The notes under the pieces: model-generated
Database searches by the model: none
What the model was told of the DNA's origin: nothing
What the model saw: the letters and a program-made list of their open reading frames with translations, nothing else
Shown here: positions 38,371-53,400 of the stretch, one piece after another
Position numbering within the stretch: the first letter of the stretch is position 1
Layout of the letters: each line of letters starts with the position of its first letter
DNA from: the human T2T-CHM13v2.0 reference genome, Homo sapiens
Strand: one strand, 5' to 3'
Assembly (NCBI RefSeq): GCF_009914755.1
Contig: NC_060942.1
Length of the DNA stretch: 64,000 nucleotides
Made by a program: the position numbers and the translations under genes

Positions 38371-41300
38371 CATTCTCAGAAACTTGTTTGTGATGTGTGC
38401 CCTCTACTGACAGAGTTGAACCTTTCTTTTCATAGAGCAGTTTTGAAACACTCTTTTTGTAGAATCTGCAAGAGGATATTTGCATAGCTTTGAGGATTTC
38501 GTGGGAAACGGGATTGTCTTCAGGTAAAATCTAGACAGAAGCATTCTCAGAAACTTCTTTGGGATGTTTGCATTCAAGTCACAGAGTAGAACATTCCCTT
38601 TGGTAGAGCAGGTTTGAAACACTCTTTTTGTAGTATCTGGAAGTGGACATTTGGAGCGCTTTCAGGCCTATGTTGGAAAGGGAAATATCTTCCCGTAACA
38701 ACTAGGCAGAAGCATTCTCAGAAACTTATTTGAGATGTGTGTACTCAACTAAGAGAATTGAACCACCGTTTTGAAGGAGCAGTTTTGAAACACTCTTTTT
38801 CTGGAATCTGCAAGAGGATATTTGCCTAGCCTTGAGGATTTCGTTGGAAACGGGATTGTCTTCAGATCAAATCTAGACAGAAGCATTCTCAGAAACTTCT
38901 TTGGGATGTTTGCATTCAAGTCACAGAGTAGAACATTCCCTTTGGTAGAGCAGGTTTGAAACACTCTTTTTTTAGTATATGGAAGTGGACATTTGGAGCG
39001 CTTTCAGGCCTACGTTGGAAAAGGAAATATCTTCCCATAACAACTAGACAGAAGCATTCTCAGAAACTAGTTTCTGATGTGTGTCCTCAACTAACACAGT
39101 TGAACATTTCTTTAGACAGAACAGTTTTGAAACTCTCTTTTTGTGGAATCTGCAAGTGGCTATTTGGCTAGATTTGAGGATTTCGTTGGAAACGGGATTA
39201 CATATAAAAAGCAGACAGCAGCATTCTCAGAAAGTTCTTTGTGATGATTGCATTCAAGTCACAGAATTGAACATTCCCTTTCACAGAGCAGGTTTGAAAC
39301 ACTCTTTTTATAGTGTGTGTAAGTGGACATTTGGAGCACTTTCCGGCCTAAGGTGAAAAAGGAAATATCTTCCCATAAAAACTAGACAGAAGCATTCTCA
39401 GAAACTTACTCGTGATGTGTGTCCTCAACTAAAGGAGTAGAACCTTTCTTTTCATAGAGAAGTTTTGAAACGCTCTTTTTGTGGAATCTGCAAGTGGATA
39501 TTTGGCTAGTTTGGAGGATTTCGTTGGAAGCGGGAATTCATACAAATTGCAGACTGCAGCGTTCTGAGAAACATCTTTGTGATGTTTGTATTCAGGACAC
39601 AGAGTTGAACATTCCCTATCATAGAGCAGGTTGGAATCACTCCTTTTGTAGTATCTGGAAGTGGACATTTGGAGCGCTTTCAGGCCTATGTTGGAAAAGG
39701 AAATATCTTCCCATAACAACTAGACAGAAGCATTCTCAGAAACTTATTTGAGATGTGTGTACTCAACTAAGAGAATTGAACCACCGTTTTGAAGGAGCAG
39801 TTTTGAAACACTCTTTTTCTGGAATCTGCAAGTGGATATTTGGCTAGCTTTGGGGATTTCGCTGGAGGCGGGAATACATATAAAAAGCACACAGCAGCGT
39901 TCTGAGAAACTGCTTTCTGATGTTTGCATTCAAGTCAAAAGTTGAACACTCCCTTTCATAGAGCAGTCCTGAAACACTCCTTTTGTAGTATCTGGAACTG
40001 GACTTTTGGAGCGCTTTCAGGGCTAAGGTGAAAAAGGAAATATCTTCCCATAAAAACTGGACAGAAGCATTCTCAGAAACTTGTTTATGCTGTATCTACT
40101 CAACTAACAAAGTTGAACCTTTCTTTTGATAGAGCAGTTTTGAAATGCTCTTTTTGTGGAATCTGCAAGTGGATATTTGGCTAGTTTTGAGGATTTCGTT
40201 GGAAGCGGGAATTCATACAAATTGCAGACTGCAGCGTTCTGAGAAACATCTTTGTGATGTTTGTATTCAGGACAGAGAGTTGAACATTCCCTATCATAGA
40301 GCAGGTTGGAATCACTCCTTTTGTAGTATCTGGAAGTGGACATTTGGAGCGCTTTCTGGCCTATGTTGAAAAAGGAAATATCTTCCCATAACAACTAGAC
40401 ACAAGCATTCTCAGAAACTTGTTTGTGATGTGTGCCCTCTACTGACAGAGTTGAACCTTTCTTTTCATAGAGCAGTTTTGAAACACTCTTTTTGTAGAAT
40501 CTGCAAGAGGATATTTGCATAGCTTTGAGGATTTCGTGGGAAACGGGATTGTCTTCAGGTAAAATCTAGACAGAAGCATTCTCAGAAACTTCTTTGGGAT
40601 GTTTGCATTCAAGTCACAGAGTAGAACATTCCCTTTGGTAGAGCAGGTTTGAAACACTCTTTTTGTAGTATCTGGAAGGGGACATTTGGAGCGCTTTCAG
40701 GCCTATGTTGGAAAGGGAAATATCTTCCGGTAACAACTAGGCAGAAGCATTCTCAGAAACTTATTTGAGATGTGTGTACTAAACTAAGAGAATTGAACCA
40801 CCGTTTTGAAGGAGCAGTTTTGAAACACTCTTTTTCTGGAATCTGCAAGAGGATATTTGCCTAGCTTTGAGGATTTCGTTGGAAACGGGATTGTGTTCAG
40901 ATCAAATCTAGACAGAAGCATTCTCAGAAACTTCTTTGGGATGTTTGCATTCAAGTCACAGAGTAGAACATTCCCTTTGGTAGAGCAGGTGTGAAACACT
41001 CTTTTTTTAGTATATGGAAGTGGACATTTGGAGCGCTTTCAGGCCTACGTTGGAAAAGGAAATATCTTCCCATAACAACTAGACAGAAGCATTCTCAGAA
41101 ACTAGTTTCTGATGTGTGTCCTCAACTAACACAGTTGAACATTTCTTTAGACAGAACAGTTTTGAAACTCTCTTTTTGTGGAATCTGCAAGTGGCTATTT
41201 GGCTAGATTTGAGGATTTCGTTGGAAACGGGATTACATATAAAAAGCAGACAGCAGCATTCTCAGAAAGTTCTTTGTGATGATTGCATTCAAGTCACAGA

Positions 41301-44300
41301 ATTGAACATTCCCTTTCACAGAGCAGGCTTGAAACACTCTTTTTGTAGTGTGTGTAAGTGGACATTTGGAGCACTTTCCGGCCTAAGGTGAGAAAGGAAA
41401 TATCTTCCCATAAAAACTAGACAGAAGCATTCTCAGAAACTTACTCGTGATGTGTGTCCTCAACTAAAGGAGTAGAACCTTTCTTTCATAGAGAAGTTTT
41501 GAAACGCTCTTTTTGTGGAATCTGCAAGTGGATATTTGGCTAGTTTGGAGGATTTCGTTGGAAGCGGGAATTCATACAAATTGCAGACTGCAGCGTTCTG
41601 AGAAACATCTTTGTGATGTTTGTATTCAGGACACAGAGTTGAACATTCCCTATCATAGAGCAGGTTGGAATCACTCCTTTTGTAGTATCTGGAAGTGGAC
41701 ATTTGGAGCGCTTTCAGGCCTATGTTGGAAAAGGAAATATCTTCCCATAACAACTAGACAGAAGCATTCTCAGAAACTTATTTGAGATGTGTGTACTCAA
41801 CTAAGAGAATTGAACCACCGTTTTGAAGGAGCAGTTTTGAAACACTCTTTTTCTGGAATCTGCAAGTGGATATTTGGCTAGCTTTGGGGATTTCGCTGGA
41901 GGCGGGAATACATATAAAAATCACACAGCAGCGTTCTGAGAAACTGCTTTCTGATGTTTGCATTCAAGTCAAAAGTTGAACACTCCCTTTCATAGAGCAG
42001 TCCTGAAACACTCCTTTTTTAGTATCTGGAACTGGACTTTTGGAGCGCTTTCAGGGCTAAGGTGAAAAAGGAAATATCTTCCCATAAAAACTGGACAGAA
42101 GCATTCTCAGAAACTTGTTTATGCTGTATCTACTCAACTAACAAAGTTGAACCTTTCTTTTGATAGAGCAGTTTTGAAATGCTCTTTTTGTGGAATCTGC
42201 AAGTGGATATTTGGCTAGTTTTGAGGATTTCGCTGGAAGCGGGAATTCATACAAATTGCAGACTGCAGCGTTCTGAGAAACATCTTTGTGATGTTTGTAT
42301 TCAGGACAGAGAGTTGAACATTCCCTATCATAGAGCAGGTTGGAATCACTCCTTTTGTAGTATCTGGAAGTGGACATTTGGAGCGCTTTCAGGCCTATGT
42401 TGAAAAAGGAAATATCTTCCCATAACAACTAGACACAAGCATTCTCAGAAACTTGTTTGTGATGTGTGCCCTCTACTGACAGAGTTGAACCTTTCTTTTC
42501 ATAGAGCAGTTTTGAAACACTCTTTTTGTAGAATCTGCAAGAGGATATTTGCATAGCTTTGAGGATTTCGTGGGAAACGGGATTGTCTTCAGGTAAAATC
42601 TAGACAGAAGCATTCTCAGAAACTTCTTTGGGATGTTTGCATTCAAGTCACAGAGTAGAACATTCCCTTTGGTAGAGCAGGTTTGAAACACTCTTTTTGT
42701 AGTATCTGGAAGTGGACATTTGGAGCGCTTTCAGGCCTATGTTGGAAAGGGAAATATCTTCCCGTAACAACTAGGCAGAAGCATTCTCAAAAACTTATTT
42801 GAGATGTGTGTACTCAACTAAGAGAATTGAACCACCGTTTTGAAGGAGCAGTTTTGAAACACTCTTTTTCTGGAATCTGCAAGAGGATATTTGCCTAGCC
42901 TTGAGGATTTCGTTGGAAACGGGATTGTCTTCAGATCAAATCTAGACAGAAGCATTCTCAGAAACTTCTTTGGGATGTTTGCATTCAAGTCACAGAGTAG
43001 AACATTCCCTTTGGTAGAGCAGGTTTGAAACACTCTTTTTTTAGTATATGGAAGTGGACATTTGGAGCGCTTTCAGGCCTACGTTGGAAAAGGAAATATC
43101 TTCCCATAACAACTAGACAGAAGCATTCTCAGAAACTAGTTTCTGATGTGTGTCCTCAACTAACACAGTTGAACATTTCTTTAGACAGAACAGTTTTGAA
43201 ACACTCTTTTTGTGGAATCTGCAAGTGGCTATTTGGCTAGATTTGAGGATTTCGTTGGAAACGGGATTACATATAAAAAGCAGACAGCAGCATTCTCAGA
43301 AAGTTCTTTGTGATGATTGCATTCAAGTCACAGAATTGAACATTCCCTTTCACAGAGCAGGTTTGAAACACTCTTTTTGTAGTGTGTGTAAGTGGACATT
43401 TGGAGCACTTTCCGGCCTAAGGTGAAAAAGGAAATATCTTCCCATAAAAACTAGACAGAAGCACTCTCAGAAACTTACTCGTGATGTGTGTCCTCAACTA
43501 AAGGAGTAGAACCTTTCTTTTCATAGAGAAGTTTTGAAACGCTCTTTTTGTGGAATCTGCAAGTGGATATTTGGCTAGTTTGGAGGATTTCGTTGGAAGC
43601 GGGAATTCATACAAATTGCAGACTGCAGCGTTCTGAGAAACATCTTTGTGATGTTTGTATTCAGGACACAGAGTTGAACATTCCCTATCATAGAGCAGGT
43701 TTGAATCACTCCTTTTGTAGTATCTGGAAGTGGACATTTGGAGCGCTTTCAGGCCTATGTTGGAAAAGGAAATATCTTCCCATAACAACTAGACAGAAGC
43801 ATTCTCAGAAACTTATTTGAGATGTGTGTACTCAACTAAGAGAATTGAACCACCGTTTTGAAGGAGCAGTTTTGAAACACTCTTTTTCTGGAATCTGCAA
43901 GTGGATATTTGGCTAGCTTTGGGGATTTCGCTGGAAGCGGGAATACATATAAAAAGCACACAGCAGCGTTCTGAGAAACTGCTTTCTGATGTTTGCATTC
44001 AAGTCAAAAGTTGAACACTCCCTTTCATAGTGCAGTCCTGAAACACTCCTTTTGTAGTATCTGGAACTGGACTTTTGGAGCGCTTTCAGGGCTAAGGTGA
44101 AAAAGGAAATATCTTCCCATAAAAACTGGACAGAAGCATTCTCAGAAACTTGTTTATGCTGTATCTACTCAACTAACAAAGTTGAACCTTTCTTTTGATA
44201 GAGCAGTTTTGAAATGCTCTTTTTGTGGAATCTGCAAGTGGATATTTGGCTAGTTTTGAGGATTTCGTTGGAAGCGGGAATTCATACAAATTGCAGACTG

Positions 44301-44474
44301 CAGCGTTCTGAGAAACATCTTTGTGATGTTTGTATTCAGGACAGAGAGTTGAACATTCCCTATCATAGAGCAGGTTGGAATCACTCCTTTTGTAGTATCT
44401 GGAAGTGGACATTTGGAGCGCTTTCAGGCCTATGTTGAAAAAGGAAATATCTTCCCATAACAACTAGACACAAG
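38371..44474. repeat. Three 12-mer HORs (H19-H21), starting 38371, 40406, 42440
   Basis: Periods 2035, 2034, 2035 bp; near-copy of H15-H17 shifted by 8814 bp. Confidence 0.94.
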
Positions 44475-47400
44475 CATTCTCAGAAACTTGTTTGTGATGT
44501 GTGCCCTCTACTGACAGAGTTGAACCTTTCTTTTCATAGAGCAGTTTTGAAACACTCTTTTTGTAGAATCTGCAAGAGGATATTTGCATAGCTTTGAGGA
44601 TTTCGTGGGAAACGGGATTGTCTTCAGGTAAAATCTAGACAGAAGCATTCTCAGAAACTTCTTTGGGATGTTTGCATTCAAGTCACAGAGTAGAACATTC
44701 CCTTTGGTAGAGCAGGTTTGAAACACTCTTTTTGTAGTATCTGGAAGTGGACATTTGGAGCGCTTTCAGGCCTATGTTGGAAAGGGAAATATCTTCCGGT
44801 AACAACTAGGCAGAAGCATTCTCAGAAACTTATTTGAGATGTGTGTACTCAACTAAGAGAATTGAACCACCGTTTTGAAGGAGCAGTTTTGAAACACTCT
44901 TTTTCTGGAATCTGCAAGAGGATATTTGCCTAGCTTTGAGGATTTCGTTGGAAACGGGATTGTGTTCAGATCAAATCTAGACAGAAGCATTCTCAGAAAC
45001 TTCTTTGGGATGTTTGCATTCAAGTCACAGAGTAGAACATTCCCTTTGGTAGAGCAGGTGTGAAACACTCTTTTTTTAGTATATGGAAGTGGACATTTGG
45101 AGCGCTTTCAGGCCTACGTTGGAAAACGAAATATCTTCCCATAACAACTAGACAGAAGCATTCTCAGAAACTAGTTTCTGATGTGTGTCCTCAACTAACA
45201 CAGTTGAACATTTCTTTAGACAGAACAGTTTTGAAACTCTCTTTTTGTGGAATCTGCAAGTGGCTATTTGGCTAGATTTGAGGATTTCGTTGGAAACGGG
45301 ATTACATATAAAAAGCAGACAGCAGCATTCTCAGAAAGTTCTTTGTGATGATTGCATTCAAGTCACAGAATTGAACATTCCCTTTCACAGAGCAGGTTTG
45401 AAACACTCTTTTTGTAGTGTGTGTAAGTGGACATTTGGAGCACTTTCCGGCCTAAGGTGAGAAAGGAAATATCTTCCCATAAAAACTAGACAGAAGCATT
45501 CTCAGAAACTTACTCGTGATGTGTGTCCTCAACTAAAGGAGTAGAACCTTTCTTTCATAGAGAAGTTTTGAAACGCTCTTTTTGTGGAATCTGCAAGTGG
45601 ATATTTGGCTAGTTTGGAGGATTTCGTTGGAAGCGGGAATTCATACAAATTGCAGACTGCAGCGTTCTGAGAAACATCTTTGTGATGTTTGTATTCAGGA
45701 CACAGAGTTGAACATTCCCTATCATAGAGCAGGTTGGAATCACTCCTTTTGTAGTATCTGGAAGTGGACATTTGGAGCGCTTTCAGGCCTACGTTGGAAA
45801 AGGAAATATCTTCCCATAACAACTAGACAGAAGCATTCTCAGAAACTAGTTTCTGATGTGTGTCCTCAACTAACACAGTTGAACATTTCTGTAGACAGAA
45901 CAGTTTTGAAACACTCTTTTTGTGGAATCTGCAAGTGGCTATTTGGCTAGATTTGAGGATTTCGTTGGAAACGGGATTACATATAAAAAGCAGACAGCAG
46001 CATTCTCAGAAAGTTCTTTGTGATGATTGCATTCAAGTCACAGAATTGAACATTCCCTTTCACAGAGCAGGTTTGAAACACTCTTTTTGTAGTGTGTGTA
46101 AGTGGACATTTGGAGCACTTTCCGGCCTAAGGTGAAAAAGGAAATATCTTCCCATAAAAACTAGACAGAAGCACTCTCAGAAACTTACTCGTGATGTGTG
46201 TCCTCAACTAAAGGAGTAGAACCTTTCTTTTCATAGAGAAGTTTTGAAACGCTCTTTTTGTGGAATCTGCAAGTGGATATTTGGCTAGTTTGGAGGATTT
46301 CGTTGGAAGCGGGAATTCATACAAATTGCAGACTGCAGCGTTCTGAGAAACATCTTTGTGATGTTTGTATTCAGGACACAGAGTTGAACATTCCCTATCA
46401 TAGAGCAGGTTTGAATCACTCCTTTTGTAGTATCTGGAAGTGGACATTTGGAGCGCTTTCAGGCCTATGTTGGAAAAGGAAATATCTTCCCATAACAACT
46501 AGACAGAAGCATTCTCAGAAACTTATTTGAGATGTGTGTACTCAACTAAGAGAATTGAACCACCGTTTTGAAGGAGCAGTTTTGAAACACTCTTTTCCTG
46601 GAATCTGCAAGTGGATATTTGGCTAGCTTTGGGGATTTCGCTGGAAGCGGGAATACATATAAAAAGCACACAGCAGCGTTCTGAGAAACTGCTTTCTGAT
46701 GTTTGCATTCAAGTCAAAAGTTGAACACTCCCTTTCATAGTGCAGTCCTGAAACACTCCTTTTGTAGTATCTGGAACTGGACTTTTGGAGCGCTTTCAGG
46801 GCTAAGGTGAAAAAGGAAATATCTTCCCATAAAAACTGGACAGAAGCATTCTCAGAAACTTGTTTATGCTGTATCTACTCAACTAACAAAGTTGAACCTT
46901 TCTTTTGATAGAGCAGTTTTGAAATGCTCTTTTTGTGGAATCTGCAAGTGGATATTTGGCTAGTTTTGAGGATTTCGTTGGAAGCGGGAATTCATACAAA
47001 TTGCAGACTGCAGCGTTCTGAGAAACATCTTTGTGATGTTTGTATTCAGGACAGAGAGTTGAACATTCCCTATCATAGAGCAGGTTGGAATCACTCCTTT
47101 TGTAGTATCTGGAAGTGGACATTTGGAGCGCTTTCAGGCCTATGTTGAAAAAGGAAATATCTTCCCATAACAACTAGACACAAGCATTCTCAGAAACTTG
47201 TTTGTGATGTGTGCCCTCTACTGACAGAGTTGAACCTTTCTTTTCATAGAGCAGTTTTGAAACACTCTTTTTGTAGAATCTGCAAGAGGATATTTGCATA
47301 GCTTTGAGGATTTCGTGGGAAACGGGATTGTCTTCAGGTAAAATCTAGACAGAAGCATTCTCAGAAACTTCTTTGGGATGTTTGCATTCAAGTCACAGAG

Positions 47401-50400
47401 TAGAACATTCCCTTTGGTAGAGCAGGTTTGAAACACTCTTTTTGTAGTATCTGGAAGTGGACATTTGGAGCGCTTTCAGGCCTATGTTGGAAAGGGAAAT
47501 ATCTTCCCGTAACAACTAGGCAGAAGCATTCTCAGAAACTTATTTGAGATGTGTGTACTCAACTAAGAGAATTGAACCACAGTTTTGAAGGAGCAGTTTT
47601 GAAACACTCTTTTTCTGGAATCTGCAAGAGGATATTTGCCTAGCCTTGAGGATTTCGTTGGAAACGGGATTGTCTTCAGATCAAATCTAGACAGAAGCAT
47701 TCTCAGAAACTTCTTTGGGATGTTTGCATTCAAGTCACAGAGTAGAACATTCCCTTTGGTAGAGCAGGTTTGAAACACTCTTTTTTTAGTATATGGAAGT
47801 GGACATTTGGAGCGCTTTCAGGCCTACGTTGGAAAAGGAAATATCTTCCCATAACAACTAGACAGAAGCATTCTCAGAAACTAGTTTCTGATGTGTGTCC
47901 TCAACTAACACAGTTGAACATTTCTTTAGACAGAACAGTTTTGAAACTCTCTTTTTGTGGAATCTGCAAGTGGCTATTTGGCTAGATTTGAGGATTTCGT
48001 TGGAAACGGGATTACATATAAAAAGCAGACAGCAGCATTCTCAGAAAGTTCTTTGTGATGATTGCATTCAAGTCACAGAATTGAACATTCCCATTCACAG
48101 AGCAGGTTTGAAACACTCTTTTTATAGTGTGTGTAAGTGGACATTTGGAGCACTTTCCGACCTAAGGTGAAAAAGGAAATATCTTCCCATAAAAACTAGA
48201 CAGAAGCATTCTCAGAAACTTACTCGTGATGTGTGTCCTCAACTAAAGGAGTAGAACCTTTCTTTTCATAGAGAAGTTTTGAAACGCTCTTTTTGTGGAA
48301 TCTGCAAGTGGATATTTGGCTAGTTTGGAGGATTTCGTTGGAAGCGGGAATTCATACAAATTGCAGACTGCAGCGTTCTGAGAAACATCTTTGTGATGTT
48401 TGTATTCAGGACACAGAGTTGAACATTCCCTATCATAGAGCAGGTTGGAATCACTCCTTTTGTAGTATCTGGAAGTGGACATTTGGAGCGCTTTCAGGCC
48501 TATGTTGGAAAAGGAAATATCTTCCCATAACAACTAGACAGAAGCATTCTCAGAAACTTATTTGAGATGTGTGTACTCAACTAAGAGAATTGAACCACCG
48601 TTTTGAAGGAGCAGTTTTGAAACACTCTTTTTCTGGAATCTGCAAGTGGATATTTGGCTAGCTTTGGGGATTTCGCTGGAAGCGGGAATACATATAAAAA
48701 GCACACAGCAGCGTTCTGAGAAACTGCTTTCTGATGTTTGCATTCAAGTCAAAAGTTGAACACTCCCTTTCATAGTGCAGTCTGAAACACTCCTTTTGTA
48801 GTATCTGGAACTGGACTTTTGGAGCGCTTTCAGGGCTAAGGTGAAAAAGGAAATATCTTCCCATAAAAACTGGACAGAAGCATTCTCAGAAACTTGTTTA
48901 TGCTGTATCTACTCAACTAACAAAGTTGAACCTTTCTTTTGATAGAGCAGTTTTGAAATGCTCTTTTTGTGGAATCTGCAAGTGGATATTTGGCTAGTTT
49001 TGAGGATTTCGTTGGAAGCGGGAATTCATACAAATTGCAGACTGCAGCGTTCTGAGAAACATCTTTGTGATGTTTGTATTCAGGACAGAGAGTTGAACAT
49101 TCCCTATCATAGAGCAGGTTGGAATCACTCCTTTTGTAGTATCTGGAAGTGGACATTTGGAGCGCTTTCAGGCCTATGTTGAAAAAGGAAATATCTTCCC
49201 ATAACAACTAGACACAAGCATTCTCAGAAACTTGTTTGTGATGTGTGCCCTCTACTGACAGAGTTGAACCTTTCTTTTCATAGAGCAGTTTTGAAACACT
49301 CTTTTTGTAGAATCTGCAAGAGGATATTTGCATAGCTTTGAGGATTTCGTGGGAAACGGGATTGTCTTCAGGTAAAATCTAGACAGAAGCATTCTCAGAA
49401 ACTTCTTTGGGATGTTTGCATTCAAGTCACAGAGTAGAACATTCCCTTTGGTAGAGCAGGTTTGAAACACTCTTTTTGTAGTATCTGGAAGTGGACATTT
49501 GGAGCGCTTTCAGGCCTATGTTGGAAAGGGAAATATCTTCCGGTAACAACTAGGCAGAAGCATTCTCAGAAACTTATTTGAGATGTGTGTACTCAACTAA
49601 GAGAATTGAACCACCGTTTTGAAGGAGCAGTTTTGAAACACTCTTTTTCTGGAATCTGCAAGAGGATATTTGCCTAGCTTTGAGGATTTCGTTGGAAACG
49701 GGATTGTGTTCAGATCAAATCTAGACAGAAGCATTCTCAGAAACTTCTTTGGGATGTTTGCATTCAAGTCACAGAGTAGAACATTCCCTTTGGTAGAGCA
49801 GGTGTGAAACACTCTTTTTTTAGTATATGGAAGTGGACATTTGGAGCGCTTTCAGGCCTACGTTGGAAAACGAAATATCTTCCCATAACAACTAGACAGA
49901 AGCATTCTCAGAAACTAGTTTCTGATGTGTGTCCTCAACTAACACAGTTGAACATTTCTTTAGACAGAACAGTTTTGAAACTCTCTTTTTGTGGAATCTG
50001 CAAGTGGCTATTTGGCTAGATTTGAGGATTTCGTTGGAAACGGGATTACATATAAAAAGCAGACAGCAGCATTCTCAGAAAGTTCTTTGTGATGATTGCA
50101 TTCAAGTCACAGAATTGAACATTCCCTTTCACAGAGCAGGTTTGAAACACTCTTTTTGTAGTGTGTGTAAGTGGACATTTGGAGCACTTTCCGGCCTAAG
50201 GTGAGAAAGGAAATATCTTCCCATAAAAACTAGACAGAAGCATTCTCAGAAACTTACTCGTGATGTGTGTCCTCAACTAAAGGAGTAGAACCTTTCTTTC
50301 ATAGAGAAGTTTTGAAACGCTCTTTTTGTGGAATCTGCAAGTGGATATTTGGCTAGTTTGGAGGATTTCGTTGGAAGCGGGAATTCATACAAATTGCAGA

Positions 50401-53400
50401 CTGCAGCGTTCTGAGAAACATCTTTGTGATGTTTGTATTCAGGACACAGAGTTGAACATTCCCTATCATAGAGCAGGTTGGAATCACTCCTTTTGTAGTA
50501 TCTGGAAGTGGACATTTGGAGCGCTTTCAGGCCTACGTTGGAAAAGGAAATATCTTCCCATAACAACTAGACAGAAGCATTCTCAGAAACTAGTTTCTGA
50601 TGTGTGTCCTCAACTAACACAGTTGAACATTTCTGTAGACAGAACAGTTTTGAAACACTCTTTTTGTGGAATCTGCAAGTGGCTATTTGGCTAGATTTGA
50701 GGATTTCGTTGGAAACGGGATTACATATAAAAAGCAGACAGCAGCATTCTCAGAAAGTTCTTTGTGATGATTGCATTCAAGTCACAGAATTGAACATTCC
50801 CTTTCACAGAGCAGGTTTGAAACACTCTTTTTGTAGTGTGTGTAAGTGGACATTTGGAGCACTTTCCAGCCTAAGGTGAAAAAGGAAATATCTTCCCATA
50901 AAAACTAGACAGAAGCACTCTCAGAAACTTACTCGTGATGTGTGTCCTCAACTAAAGGAGTAGAACCTTTCTTTTCATAGAGAAGTTTTGAAACGCTCTT
51001 TTTGTGGAATCTGCAAGTGGATATTTGGCTAGTTTGGAGGATTTCGTTGGAAGCGGGAATTCATACAAATTGCAGACTGCAGCGTTCTGAGAAACATCTT
51101 TGTGATGTTTGTATTCAGGACACAGAGTTGAACATTCCCTATCATAGAGCAGGTTTGAATCACTCCTTTTGTAGTATCTGGAAGTGGACATTTGGAGCGC
51201 TTTCAGGCCTATGTTGGAAAAGGAAATATCTTCCCATAACAACTAGACAGAAGCATTCTCAGAAACTTATTTGAGATGTGTGTACTCAACTAAGAGAATT
51301 GAACCACCGTTTTGAAGGAGCAGTTTTGAAACACTCTTTTCCTGGAATCTGCAAGTGGATATTTGGCTAGCTTTGGGGATTTCGCTGGAAGCGGGAATAC
51401 ATATAAAAAGCACACAGCAGCGTTCTGAGAAACTGCTTTCTGATGTTTGCATTCAAGTCAAAAGTTGAACACTCCCTTTCATAGTGCAGTCCTGAAACAC
51501 TCCTTTTGTAGTATCTGGAACTGGACTTTTGGAGCGCTTTCAGGGCTAAGGTGAAAAAGGAAATATCTTCCCATAAAAACTGGACAGAAGCATTCTCAGA
51601 AACTTGTTTATGCTGTATCTACTCAACTAACAAAGTTGAACCTTTCTTTTGATAGAGCAGTTTTGAAATGCTCTTTTTGTGGAATCTGCAAGTGGATATT
51701 TGGCTAGTTTTGAGGATTTCGTTGGAAGCGGGAATTCATACAAATTGCAGACTGCAGCGTTCTGAGAAACATCTTTGTGATGTTTGTATTCAGGACAGAG
51801 AGTTGAACATTCCCTATCATAGAGCAGGTTGGAATCACTCCTTTTGTAGTATCTGGAAGTGGACATTTGGAGCGCTTTCAGGCCTATGTTGAAAAAGGAA
51901 ATATCTTCCCATAACAACTAGACACAAGCATTCTCAGAAACTTGTTTGTGATGTGTGCCCTCTACTGACAGAGTTGAACCTTTCTTTTCATAGAGCAGTT
52001 TTGAAACACTCTTTTTGTAGAATCTGCAAGAGGATATTTGCATAGCTTTGAGGATTTCGTGGGAAACGGGATTGTCTTCAGGTAAAATCTAGACAGAAGC
52101 ATTCTCAGAAACTTCTTTGGGATGTTTGCATTCAAGTCACAGAGTAGAACATTCCCTTTGGTAGAGCAGGTTTGAAACACTCTTTTTGTAGTATCTGGAA
52201 GTGGACATTTGGAGCGCTTTCAGGCCTATGTTGGAAAGGGAAATATCTTCCCGTAACAACTAGGCAGAAGCATTCTCAGAAACTTATTTGAGATGTGTGT
52301 ACTCAACTAAGAGAATTGAACCACAGTTTTGAAGGAGCAGTTTTGAAACACTCTTTTTCTGGAATCTGCAAGAGGATATTTGCCTAGCCTTGAGGATTTC
52401 GTTGGAAACGGGATTGTCTTCAGATCAAATCTAGACAGAAGCATTCTCAGAAACTTCTTTGGGATGTTTGCATTCAAGTCACAGAGTAGAACATTCCCTT
52501 TGGTAGAGCAGGTTTGAAACACTCTTTTTTTAGTATATGGAAGTGGACATTTGGAGCGCTTTCAGGCCTACGTTGGAAAAGGAAATATCTTCCCATAACA
52601 ACTAGACAGAAGCATTCTCAGAAACTAGTTTCTGATGTGTGTCCTCAACTAACACAGTTGAACATTTCTTTAGACAGAACAGTTTTGAAACTCTCTTTTT
52701 GTGGAATCTGCAAGTGGCTATTTGGCTAGATTTGAGGATTTCGTTGGAAACGGGATTACATATAAAAAGCAGACAGCAGCATTCTCAGAAAGTTCTTTGT
52801 GATGATTGCATTCAAGTCACAGAATTGAACATTCCCTTTCACAGAGCAGGTTTGAAACACTCTTTTTATAGTGTGTGTAAGTGGACATTTGGAGCACTTT
52901 CCGGCCTAAGGTGAAAAAGGAAATATCTTCCCATAAAAACTAGACAGAAGCATTCTCAGAAACTTACTCGTGATGTGTGTCCTCAACTAAAGGAGTAGAA
53001 CCTTTGTTTTCATAGAGAAGTTTTGAAACGCTCTTTTTGTGGAATCTGCAAGTGGATATTTGGCTAATTTTGAGGATTTTGTTGGAAGCGGGAATTCATA
53101 CAAATTGCAGACTGCAGCGTTCTGAGAAACATCTTTGTGATGTTTGTATTCAGGACACAGAGATGAACATTCCCTATCATAGAGCAGGTTTGAATCACTC
53201 CTTTTGTAGTATCTGGAAGTGGACATTTGGAGCGCTTTCAGGCCTATGTTGGAAAAGGAAATATCTTCCCATAACAACTAGACAGAAGCATTCTCAGAAA
53301 CTTATTTGAGATGTGTGTACTCAACTAAGAGAATTGAACCACCGTTTTGAAGGAGCAGTTTTGAAACACTCTTTTTCTGGAATCTGCAAGTGGATATTTG

